NCBI GenBank assembly: GCA_009692435.1
Contig: SHZE01000002.1
Span: 8,795 to 72,794, forward strand
Origin: Deltaproteobacteria bacterium
GTDB taxonomy: Bacteria; Desulfobacterota; Binatia; Bin18
Direction of reading: 5' to 3'
Length of the DNA stretch: 64,000 nucleotides
Positions within the stretch are counted from its first letter, which is position 1. Every line of letters starts with the position of its first letter. Made by a program: the position numbers and the translations under genes. Below are positions 35,802 through 43,964 of this stretch, piece after piece. The notes under the pieces were generated by a model, which made no database searches, was not told where the DNA came from, and was given only the letters and a program-made list of their open reading frames with translations.

Positions 35802-36635
35802 TCATTGGTCGATTTCCAGCACGCGATCAATCAACTGCTGCGCCAAAGCCGCGCCAGGAAGGCCAACCCCCACATCATGACCAAGTTCAAGTGCGAGGCG
35901 CAGGTCTTTGTGAATCAGTTGCAGGAGCCCCTGTGGCCCACTGGTGTAAGTGTCTTTGAGGCGGCGGGTTTGGAGCCAGTTGTCAGCAACTCGACTTTGC
36001 GCGGCTCCCGCGTGGACAACCTCTTGCATCGCCTTGAGATCAAGCCCCGCTTTCTCCGCTAAGCGCATCCCCTCGGAAGCCGCCATCATATTCACGTACA
36101 CAATCAAATTGTGAGCAAGTTTCGCAATAGCGCCTGAACCCAACTCACCGAGGTGAAAAATGTTCGCGCCCGACGTGGCGAACACCGGCCGGCATTGCTC
36201 AAACAGCGCCTTGTCCCCGCCGACCATATAACAGAGCGTTTTGTTCTCCGCCCCACGGTCTCCACCACTTACTTCCGCATCAAGAACACCCACGCCCTTG
36301 GCTTTGGCCAGTTCGGCGATTTTCCGCACCGTGCGTGGATGCACGGTGCTATGAATGGCGATCACACTGCCAGGTTTGGCGCCGTTAAGAACCCCGCCTT
36401 CGCCCAGGATAACGGCTTCGACCTGCGCATCATCAACCACAACGAGTTCGATGATTTCCCCGTGGGCACCAATTTCCTGGGCTGACCGTGCCACTTTTGC
36501 TCCCAACGCGGCCAACTCTTGCAGCGGTTCCTGCCGCACATCATAGACCATCACATCGAACCCGGCCTTAGCGACGTTGACCGCCATCGGTTTACCGATA
36601 TTGCCTAACCCAATGAATCCCACTCGTGTCGCCAT
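35802..36635 (-). CDS. NAD(P)-dependent oxidoreductase, 3-hydroxyisobutyrate/6-phosphogluconate dehydrogenase-like
   Basis: MATRVGFIGLGNIGKPMAVNVAKAGFDVMVYDV (Rossmann GxGxxG) with typical HIBADH-family length. Confidence 0.9.
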   Translation of the reverse strand: MATRVGFIGLGNIGKPMAVNVAKAGFDVMVYDVRQEPLQELAALGAKVARSAQEIGAHGEIIELVVVDDAQVEAVILGEGGVLNGAKPGSVIAIHSTVHPRTVRKIAELAKAKGVGVLDAEVSGGDRGAENKTLCYMVGGDKALFEQCRPVFATSGANIFHLGELGSGAIAKLAHNLIVYVNMMAASEGMRLAEKAGLDLKAMQEVVHAGAAQSRVADNWLQTRRLKDTYTSGPQGLLQLIHKDLRLALELGHDVGVGLPGAALAQQLIDRVLEIDQ

Positions 36636-36787
36636 GTCTGCTCCTCCTTTTGCTCTTCACGTGTGGCACAGAGTGCACGACAATTTTTCGCGACACAACC
36701 GCACGCACTGTCGCTGTGTTGATTCCTGGGGGCGGCTCCGGTACGACAAGGCGCTAGTTATTCACCGTAAGATAAAGGAGAGAGCAC

Positions 36788-37075
36788 GTGAGCGCGGGAA
36801 AAGAAGAACTTCGACGCTTGGCCTATCTCACTCGGTTGGAGCTGATGCCCCAGGAAGAGGAAGAGATGATTGGCCATCTCAATAAGATGCTGAGCTATAT
36901 CGAAAAGCTCAAGGAATTGAACACCGACGGTATCGAGCCCACCGCGCACGCGGTCGAGGTGCCCTCGCCGATGCGCGAGGACATCGTCACCAACCAACCG
37001 GATGTGGATAATCTGCTCCGCAACGCGCCGGACCGCGAGGGTAACTTCTTGAAGGTGCCTCGGATTATTGAATAG
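36788..37075 (+). CDS. gatC: Asp/Glu-tRNA amidotransferase subunit C
   Basis: LAYLTRLELMPQEEEEMIGHLNKMLSYIEKLKELNTDGIEPTAHAV; 95 aa; GTG start. Confidence 0.9.
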   Translation: MSAGKEELRRLAYLTRLELMPQEEEEMIGHLNKMLSYIEKLKELNTDGIEPTAHAVEVPSPMREDIVTNQPDVDNLLRNAPDREGNFLKVPRIIE

Positions 37076-37159
37076 GGCACTCCCATTTCCCACACCAGTG
37101 GACGCCCACGACCTTTCAGAGATATATACACCTCGTAGTAGCTCCAAGGGGGGGGAATC

Positions 37160-38353
37160 ATGAATCAGTTTCATACCGACCGGGACCAGAAGTTTATCGA
37201 TCTCGCGGCGACGCTGGCGGACGAATTCGCGCCGCGTGCGGCCAAGCATGACGAAGAAGCCTCTTTTCCGTATGAGAATTACGCGCGTCTTCGTGAGAGT
37301 GGCTACACCACCTTAACCATTCCCACAGAACTCGGCGGACTCGGAGGAACCTTGCTCCAGCGGGTCAAAGCCCAGGAACGTCTCGCGCAGGGATGTGGCG
37401 CGACGTCCCTGGCGATCAACATGCACTTTAATGTGTTGGGCATCTTGATCGCCCTATGGGAGAAATTCAAGGATCCGAAAATCGCGGCCAAGATTCAGCG
37501 CGTCGCCAAGGAACGCTTGATCTGCGGCGGGTCAGGTTCGGAGCCGGATAACTCCATCATCCTGCTCCGGCCCCGCACCACGGCGACACGCGTGGAAGGC
37601 GGTTGGATCACGAATGGTCGCAAAATTTTCAGCACGCAGAGTATCGCCATTGACCTCTATTTTGCCGAAGCGACGTGGGAAGATGCCCCGCAGGGACCGA
37701 CGATTCTGACGTTCTTCATTCCTCCGCGCGACACACCGGGCCTGGTCTTCAAGGACGATTGGAACACGATGGGGATGCGCGCTTCGGCGTCGCGCAGCTC
37801 CGAACTCAAGGATGCCTTTATTCCCGACGATACCGTCGTGCTGCAACGCTCAGCCACCAAGCGCAATGAGATCAGCGGCGTCTTTCTTCGCGCGCCGTTC
37901 ACGATTGGAGCCCCCTATATTGGCATTGCCGTCGCGGCCCGCGACTTCGTGGTTGAGTTCATGCGTGATCGTCCCCGCTATCCCCTCAAGAAGCCGATGA
38001 GCTACTTGCCCGCGGTCTATAACAAAGTCGGCGAGATGGATTTACTGATTGAGACCGCGCGCGCGATGATGTGGAAAGCGGCGGCCGAGGTGGAGATCGA
38101 AAATCCGCGCACGTGGGCACGCAAGAGCGTGGCCGCGCGGATGGTGGCGATTGAGAACTCAGTAAAAGTCGTGGATTTGGCGCTCCGTACCGTTGGCGGC
38201 TCGTCATATTTCAAGAAGCTCCCGCTCGAACGCTATTTTCGTGATGTCCGAGCTGGTCTCTTTCATCCATTCGATAGCGACGAGACCTTGGAATTCCTGG
38301 GCAAGAGCGCGTTTGGCATTCCGATGACGGAGGATGATACGGGGTTGTTGTAG
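37160..38353 (+). CDS. Acyl-CoA dehydrogenase family protein
   Basis: 397 aa; ...FPYENYARLRESGYTTLTIPTELGGLG...; ...GGSSYFKKLPLERYFRDVRAGLFHP. Confidence 0.9.
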   Translation: MNQFHTDRDQKFIDLAATLADEFAPRAAKHDEEASFPYENYARLRESGYTTLTIPTELGGLGGTLLQRVKAQERLAQGCGATSLAINMHFNVLGILIALWEKFKDPKIAAKIQRVAKERLICGGSGSEPDNSIILLRPRTTATRVEGGWITNGRKIFSTQSIAIDLYFAEATWEDAPQGPTILTFFIPPRDTPGLVFKDDWNTMGMRASASRSSELKDAFIPDDTVVLQRSATKRNEISGVFLRAPFTIGAPYIGIAVAARDFVVEFMRDRPRYPLKKPMSYLPAVYNKVGEMDLLIETARAMMWKAAAEVEIENPRTWARKSVAARMVAIENSVKVVDLALRTVGGSSYFKKLPLERYFRDVRAGLFHPFDSDETLEFLGKSAFGIPMTEDDTGLL

Positions 38354-38373
38354 GACACTGGCGTTCAGTCAGC

Positions 38374-38437
38374 GAGTTCCGAGTTTCGAGTTCCCTCTCC
38401 CGGATGGGAGAGGGCTAGGGTGAGGGGGATTGAGTGA
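38374..38437 (+). repeat. REP-like 3' element, family C: GAGTTYCG repeats, a 9-bp hairpin and a G-rich tail
   Basis: GAGTTCCGAGTTTCGAGTT-CCCTCTCCC-GGAT-GGGAGAGGG-CTAGGGTGAGGGGGATTGAGTGA. Lies 21 nt after the acyl-CoA dehydrogenase stop. A second copy in the same gene-relative orientation is at 47976..48053. Confidence 0.85.
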
Positions 38438-38460
38438 CCTTTCCTTATACGGTTGAGAGG

Positions 38461-38858
38461 TCAGATTTTCTCCCGGTTGAAAGGCTCCGCCACCACTTGC
38501 CACTTATCCTCATACACCAGGTATCCCGGTCTCACCGTCTTGAGCACCTGAACCTGGATACCATGATTTTCGAGTACCGCGACGAGGCGGCGCAGGTGTT
38601 CGATGGCGTCGATCGCGGTTGGTCTCATCCAGGAGATTCTCTGGGTCTTCTTGTGCGAGGCATTTCTCTTACGAGAAAACCGCTTCGGGACCGGCAGATT
38701 TTTTCGAGCCACGTGAGTACATTTCCGAGTTCTTTCTCTTCGTAGTCGAACAAATCGCCGCTCCGCAGGGCTGCATAGGCAGCAGTGAAAATCCCTGTCT
38801 CTTTCCCAGTTCGCGGATCAGTCTTCCCGACAATAAACCGTAAATAGGTCTCATCCAT
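38461..38858 (-). pseudogene. Conserved hypothetical gene (~130 aa family) split by a frameshift at an A6 run
   Basis: ORF 38625..38858 (MDETYLRFIVGKTDPRTGKETGIFTAAYA...VLTWLEK) and ORF 38461..38712 (..NLPVPKRFSRKR...ISWMRPTAIDAIEHLRRLVAVLENHGIQVQVLKTVRPGYLVYEDKWQVVAEPF) join into one protein if the T6/A6 run at 38699..38704 gains one base. Confidence 0.7.
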
Positions 38859-38901
38859 GTCAAGAACTCTGCCTCACGTCCACCGCCGCAGCTCATCATT
38901 C

Positions 38902-39624
38902 TTACACACATTCGAGAGGCCGATGTGGAAGTGGCGGCAGCGTGACACGAATGCGGTCATTGGGACGCACTTCCCCGCTCACTAAGACAATTCCCATGAT
39001 CCCTGCTTTCCGAATCAGTTTAGTATCTGCGCAGAAATTAGTTACCGGATTGCTATCGTTAGGGACGAGAGATTGCGAGCATAGTGCTCGGTATGTCCCC
39101 TGACAATCTGCCTGAATCCGGTAAGTAATTCTCGCGCGGGTACTTACCTTGGGCATCGCGGTCTAAAACCGCTTGCATGAGATGTGGCTGAAATTTATTC
39201 AGTTGCGCACAGGGATTGCGCAGACCAGTGATTTCAATTGCTGCTGTATCGCCAACCTGCAGCACTGTGCCCGCCGGGAGACCCAGAAGATCAATCCCAC
39301 GAGTGGTGATGTTCTCCCCCATATCTCCTGCCGAGACAGCAAAACCAGCTTCTTTCAGTTCATCATGCAGTTCCGCGTGAATAAGTGCACCTGACGGAGG
39401 TTTGGTTGGTTTGGGTCTTGCGCGATGCGAGACCGATGCTTGGCCGTTTTACCGAGATGAGCGTCACCTTCCACGCCCAATCCAGCCAACAAACGAACGC
39501 TATCGTGATTGGTCTTACTGAACGAGTGGGTGTCGCTCAGACTCACTGCGGTAACGATGGCTTCCACGTGACTATTCACAGGAACAAAACGCTCATCCGA
39601 AGAAAAAACACAAAGGGGTGGCAA
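38902..39624 (-). pseudogene. MOSC-domain (YiiM-like) gene disrupted by a 1-nt frameshift and a 121-nt insertion
   Basis: Three ORF pieces align to one MOSC protein: ...GVEGDAHLGKTAKHRSRIAQDPNQPNLRQVHL / (frameshift near 39370) IHAELHDELKEAGFAVSAGDMGENITTRGIDLLGLPAGT...ITGLRNPCAQLNKFQPHLMQAVLDRDAQG / (insertion) KLIRKAGIMGIVLVSGEVRPNDRIRVTLPPLPHRPLECV. Confidence 0.85.
39023..39143 (-). mobile_element. 121-nt MITE-like insertion with imperfect terminal inverted repeats and a TAA target-site duplication
   Basis: In minus orientation: ggTAA-GTACCCGCGCGAGAA...TTTCTGCGCAGATAC-TAA-actg. The ends GTACCCGCGCGAGAA and GTATCTGCGCAGAAA (reverse complement of the 3' end) match 10/15, or 12/15 with one gap. 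TAA is duplicated at 39144-46 and 39020-22. Precise excision restores DAQGKLIRKAG. Confidence 0.65.
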
Positions 39625-39653
39625 GGATCACCACCCCTTGATCTGCTGTTGCG

Positions 39654-40193
39654 CTATCGCCCCCCTGGCTCCAACTCGACTTGGAGCGCGTTGAGGTTGC
39701 GCGCCATCATGTTCCAGAAGGAGGTTGCCGCGGTCAGTTCAATGACCTCTTTCTGCCCCAGGCGATCTTGCACCTGGCGATAGAGGTCATCGTCCACTTT
39801 GGCTTTCTGCGTCAGTTCCTCGGCATACCGCAACACCAACTTGTCCTCATCGCTAAACAAGGAGCTGGTGCTATACGACCCAACGTTGTCGATCTGCTCT
39901 TTGGTCAGCCCGACACGCTCGGCGATGTCGATATGCCGCACGAAGCCATACTCGCAGTTCAACCGCTTCATCAGGATCAGTACCGCGAGTTCCCGGCGCC
40001 GCGGACTGAGCGAGGATTCGTTCATGAAGTAGTTGGCCAACGGAAACACCTTGGCCGCCAGCGCTGGACTATTGGACAGCGCTTTCACGACGTTCGGCAC
40101 CCGCGATACCTTAAACTGCTTCTCAAAACTGTCATACAACGCTCTGGCGTCACCAGTGACGTTCTCTTTTTCCACATACGGAACACGTGCCAT
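39654..40193 (-). CDS. Carboxymuconolactone decarboxylase (AhpD-like) family protein
   Basis: 179 aa; ...LSPRRRELAVLILMKRLNCEYGFVRHIDIAERVGLTKEQI... The equal-length antisense ORF is judged spurious. Confidence 0.8.
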   Translation of the reverse strand: MARVPYVEKENVTGDARALYDSFEKQFKVSRVPNVVKALSNSPALAAKVFPLANYFMNESSLSPRRRELAVLILMKRLNCEYGFVRHIDIAERVGLTKEQIDNVGSYSTSSLFSDEDKLVLRYAEELTQKAKVDDDLYRQVQDRLGQKEVIELTAATSFWNMMARNLNALQVELEPGGR

Positions 40194-40229
40194 GCGAGAT
40201 TCCCTCCTTTTTGGGGATGATGACTTGTC

Positions 40230-40694
40230 CTACGCGCGTGCTTCTTGTGCCGTACTTTTATCGAACGTCACCTCGCCAATTTCCGAGCCGGTCAGGACCA
40301 CTAGCAGCACAGCCTCCTCCTGCCCAACATTGAGAAAGCCTTCTTTGGTACCCGCAGGAAAAGAGATCGTATCCCACTGCCCTAAGGTCACTTCATTCTT
40401 GCCCTCGTCTCCCCAGAAGAACGAACATTGACCGGACAGCACGACAAACACTTCCGGCTTAGGATGACTGTGTAGCGGTGCCCCTTTGCCGGGGCTGACT
40501 TTGTTCACCGCCATCGTGAAACCGTGTTCCCCCGCGATGGCGGGAATGGTCTTCCCGGCGCGGCCCACCAACGCATAGCCCTGCGTCCCGTCTGGCTTGT
40601 AGTTCTTAATGAAACTAGAGTAATCAATCGGCTTGAGATCGCCAAACCGCGCAACCCGCTGGCTCATGTCCGCATTCGATGCTTGTGTACTCAT
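40230..40694 (-). CDS. Cupin-domain protein
   Basis: ...VSPGKGAPLHSHPKPEVFVVLSGQCSFFWGDEG...TLGQWDTISFPAGTKEGFLNVG (cupin motifs 1 and 2). Confidence 0.8.
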   Translation of the reverse strand: MSTQASNADMSQRVARFGDLKPIDYSSFIKNYKPDGTQGYALVGRAGKTIPAIAGEHGFTMAVNKVSPGKGAPLHSHPKPEVFVVLSGQCSFFWGDEGKNEVTLGQWDTISFPAGTKEGFLNVGQEEAVLLVVLTGSEIGEVTFDKSTAQEARA

Positions 40695-40727
40695 AGTCGT
40701 TCCCTCCTTAAGGAAATAAAATAGTCA

Positions 40728-41837
40728 CTAATTGAGCTTGTAGAACTCGATGGCGCTTTCGGCCAACACTTGCCGTCGCATATTCGCCGGCAACTTCTCC
40801 GCGATCATGGTTGGCGCGCCAGGGAAGAATCCATCCGGATGCGGATAATCCGTCGCCCAGAGAATTTTCTTCGGCCCCAGATATTCCGCCAATACGGAGA
40901 GGCTTCCTTCGACCGGCTCAAACGCGATCCAGCACTGCCGCTTGAAATAGTCGGTGGGGCGCATGCGCAACGTGGTGTCATTGAAGACGCCGTGATCATC
41001 GTAGTGGCGGTCCATACGGTCCAGCCACGGGGCGATCCAGCCGCCGCCTGATTCCAGAAACGCGAACCGCAAGTGGGGAAACCGTTCACACACGCCACCC
41101 CAAATAATGCTCAAACTCGCGAGCATCATTTCCACGGTATGCGATACGATATGTTTCGCCCCCATTCCCAAGAAGCGCTCGACTCCCGCGGCCGGCATCC
41201 CACCGGTTCCTTCGTGCACACCAATGGGGAAGTCGAGGTCTTGCGCTACGGTCCAGAATGGATCGTAGGCCGCATCGCCCAGCATGATATTGTTGTACGG
41301 ATTGGGACGCAGGAACCCGCTCAGCATGCCCAGTTGATTCCGGGCATACTTCATCTCCGCGATGGCCAGATCAACCGACTGCATGGGCAGCATCGCAACA
41401 CCAAACAGCCGATCCGGGTACGGCTTGCAGTAGTCCGCCAACCAGCGGTTATAGGCGCGACACATCGCCGCGGCGAGTTGTGGGTCCTGCACCGCGCCAG
41501 AGAAAAGCCCCAGCGTCGGATAGAGAAACGCGGCATCAATGCCGTCGATTTCCATATCGGGAATCCGCGCATGGGGATCGAACCCCCCTTTTCGGCCCTC
41601 GACATATTTAATGTCCATTGGCGCGGCTCCTTGTCGGGCACCAATGGCACCGGCAAAGCCAAGCCCCCGTGCGCCGCCGAGAATGCGACCTTCAATCAGC
41701 AGGCGCTCCTTGCCATCGGTATCGACCACCAATTCCGGCACCCGATCCTTGTACACGGGATCAATATAGTCCGCCCAAAAATTGGGTGGCTCGAGCACAT
41801 GGGCGTCCGCATCAATGATGTTGTAGGTACGACTCAT
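40728..41837 (-). CDS. Amidohydrolase-2 family protein (ACMSD/LigW-type metal-dependent hydrolase or decarboxylase)
   Basis: MSRTYNIIDADAHVLEPPNFW...; FPIGVHEG...; FAFLESGGGWIAPWLDRMD...; ILWATDYPHPDG. Confidence 0.88.
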   Translation of the reverse strand: MSRTYNIIDADAHVLEPPNFWADYIDPVYKDRVPELVVDTDGKERLLIEGRILGGARGLGFAGAIGARQGAAPMDIKYVEGRKGGFDPHARIPDMEIDGIDAAFLYPTLGLFSGAVQDPQLAAAMCRAYNRWLADYCKPYPDRLFGVAMLPMQSVDLAIAEMKYARNQLGMLSGFLRPNPYNNIMLGDAAYDPFWTVAQDLDFPIGVHEGTGGMPAAGVERFLGMGAKHIVSHTVEMMLASLSIIWGGVCERFPHLRFAFLESGGGWIAPWLDRMDRHYDDHGVFNDTTLRMRPTDYFKRQCWIAFEPVEGSLSVLAEYLGPKKILWATDYPHPDGFFPGAPTMIAEKLPANMRRQVLAESAIEFYKLN

Positions 41838-41944
41838 AACAATCCTCCTTTTTCGTGTTGTTTGGCTGAGGGGCCATTTCTCTTACTTTGCGTCCTACCA
41901 CCTTCCACTACTTGAGGGCAAGGTTCGCAAGTACTGACAACTTC

Positions 41945-42535
41945 CTACGCCCGCCGCCGTCCCCACAAACTCAGGGGTGGTGGCCCTTGCAAACTTCCAG
42001 TGAGGCGTTGGCCCAGATCAACCACCGCTTCTCCTAACAAGCGCACGTGTTCCTGTACTTGTTCATCCACGATCGTCGTGCCTTGCATTTGGTTGCCACG
42101 GACATGCACACTCCCCGGTACCAGATGCAGATTGAACCACATCAGCAGCGGGCGCAGTTCTTGATCGATGCTGAGATAGTGATGGTCCGTTGCCCCATTC
42201 ACAATCAGGCCAGCCACTTTTCCCATCATGGCCTCAACCGGGACATGATCGAGCAAATTCTTGAGCGAGCCAGTATAGGACCCACGATAGATGGGCGTGC
42301 CGATGATATAGGCATCGGCGGCGTGAATCCGTGCGACCGCTGTGGGGGTATCATCGGGGTATTCGTGCAATGGACGGCCATCACAGAAAGAGAGCGTGAC
42401 ATCGCGCAGATCAAGAACATCCGTGCTGATGTCTGGAGTACGCGTTTTCGCGGCCAGCAACACGGCATCAATCACCGCTCTCGTGCTACCGCCTTTCGTC
42501 AGACTGCCGGAAATGCCGAGAAGTGAGAGAGACAT
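41945..42535 (-). CDS. NAD(P)H-dependent FMN reductase family protein
   Basis: MSLSLLGISGSLTKGGSTRAVIDAVL...ADAYIIGTPIYRGSYTGSLKNLLDHV. Confidence 0.85.
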   Translation of the reverse strand: MSLSLLGISGSLTKGGSTRAVIDAVLLAAKTRTPDISTDVLDLRDVTLSFCDGRPLHEYPDDTPTAVARIHAADAYIIGTPIYRGSYTGSLKNLLDHVPVEAMMGKVAGLIVNGATDHHYLSIDQELRPLLMWFNLHLVPGSVHVRGNQMQGTTIVDEQVQEHVRLLGEAVVDLGQRLTGSLQGPPPLSLWGRRRA

Positions 42536-42551
42536 GAAAGGCTCCTTTTCG

Positions 42552-43775
42552 TTAAATAATCCCTTGTTCTTTCAACGCATGTACCTGCGAGCGATCCATG
42601 CCAAGCAGCCGTTCGTACAGCTCCTCGTTATGCTCACCAACCGCCGGAGCTGGTTGATCGAAGGTCACCGGGTTGCGCATGAACTTGATCGGCATGCCGA
42701 TCCCTTTCACCCCTGGAATGTTGCCGCCGCGCGGGAGTTGCATATCCACGATCATGCCACGGGATTTGATGTGCTCATCGTGCAGCAACTCCGTCGGGCT
42801 CAGCACCGGTCCAGCGGGCACCTGACTCTTTTGTAAATGATCCACCGCTTCAGTGACGGTATGTTTCCCGATCCAGTCCTGCACGATCCCATCCACCACG
42901 TCACGATGGTCGCGACGGCTAATCAAATTGGCGAACCGTGGATCGCCTTCTAACTCCGTGCGCCCGATGGCCGCCAAAAGTTTGCGCCAGTCATTCTGCG
43001 TGACCGCGCAGAGAGAGACAAACCCATCTTTCGCCCGATAGACATTAAACGGCGCACCGCTCACATGCGCGTTCGCCAGCCGTTGCGGCTCATCGCCAGC
43101 CGCGAGAAATTCCATGATCTCTGGGAGCAAGAAAAATGAACCGTCTTGCATCGACATGTCCACCCATTCGCCTTGGCCAGTCTTCTCACGCATTTGTAAG
43201 GCCGACAGAATACCGATCACGGCATAGAGTGGCGTGGTGGTATCGCTAATCGCGGCCCCGCACCGCACGGGATCACGATCCGCATAGCCAGTCACACTGG
43301 TGATCCCACTGGCAGCTTGAATAATGGGATCATACGCGCGCCATGCACGCCGTGGCCCTTGCTGACCGAACCCGGAAATCGAGCACAGAATCAGTCGTGG
43401 GTTGCGCGCTTGCAGCACGGGGAACCCAAGCTCCATGCGATCCATCGTCCCAGCAGCAAAATTCTCGACGACGACATCCGCCTTCTCACAGAGTCGCAAG
43501 AACATCTCCTTGCCTTGGGGATGACGCAGATTGAGCGTAAGCCCCTTCTTGTTACGAGCGCGATGGAGAAACGACAGTCCGACGTCCTCTTCGGTTTGCT
43601 TCTTAATGCTCGCCCCTTTCGGCCCAGCAAACGGGGGCCGGAAGCGTTGATCTTCACCTTTTGGTGGTTCGATTTTGAGGACTTCGGCACCGAGACCACC
43701 AAGCAGTAAGGTACAGTAGGGACCAGCTAAGAATCGTGTGAGGTCAAGGACAATGAGACCGTCCAGTGGCTTCAT
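42552..43775 (-). CDS. Family III CoA-transferase (CaiB/BaiF family)
   Basis: MKPLDGLIVLDLTRFLAGPYCTLLLGGLGAEVLKIEPP...; VVVENFAAGTMDRMELGFPVLQARNPRLILCSISGFGQQGP. Start at Met8 of the ORF. Confidence 0.9.
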   Translation of the reverse strand: MKPLDGLIVLDLTRFLAGPYCTLLLGGLGAEVLKIEPPKGEDQRFRPPFAGPKGASIKKQTEEDVGLSFLHRARNKKGLTLNLRHPQGKEMFLRLCEKADVVVENFAAGTMDRMELGFPVLQARNPRLILCSISGFGQQGPRRAWRAYDPIIQAASGITSVTGYADRDPVRCGAAISDTTTPLYAVIGILSALQMREKTGQGEWVDMSMQDGSFFLLPEIMEFLAAGDEPQRLANAHVSGAPFNVYRAKDGFVSLCAVTQNDWRKLLAAIGRTELEGDPRFANLISRRDHRDVVDGIVQDWIGKHTVTEAVDHLQKSQVPAGPVLSPTELLHDEHIKSRGMIVDMQLPRGGNIPGVKGIGMPIKFMRNPVTFDQPAPAVGEHNEELYERLLGMDRSQVHALKEQGII

Positions 43776-43964
43776 GCTTTTTTCTCCTCCATGCAAAACG
43801 ACAATAGTAAAAGGCCCACGTCGGACCTGCCCCCTCTCCCATGCCCGACCAGACTCAGAAATGCAACGGTAGGAGCCGGACCGACGAAGTCCCGCCCCTG
43901 TTCAGCCCGCTGACAGAAAAGTGCTATAAGGACCCGCGATAACGTCGAAGTAAAGGAGGAATGT

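Noticed and set aside
36664-36677. TGGCACAGAGTGCA upstream of gatC resembles a sigma-54 -24/-12 promoter.
   Set aside because: The GG-to-GC spacing is two nucleotides shorter than the TGGCACG-N4-TTGCW consensus.
39020-39146. The MOSC insertion looks like a spliceosomal intron in minus orientation. It has G|GTAAGT at the 5' end, CTAAC and TAACTAAT branch-point-like motifs, and a pyrimidine tract ending in GCGCAG at the 3' end. GT...AG removal (121 nt) is even in frame.
   Set aside because: The context is bacterial. GT/AG excision would give AQDTKLIRK, one residue longer than the usual MOSC spacing, whereas transposon-style excision (TIR plus TAA duplication) restores AQGKLIRK. The GTAAGT is half of a local inverted repeat (GGTAAGTA...TACTTACC). 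The upstream part of the gene is independently frameshifted.
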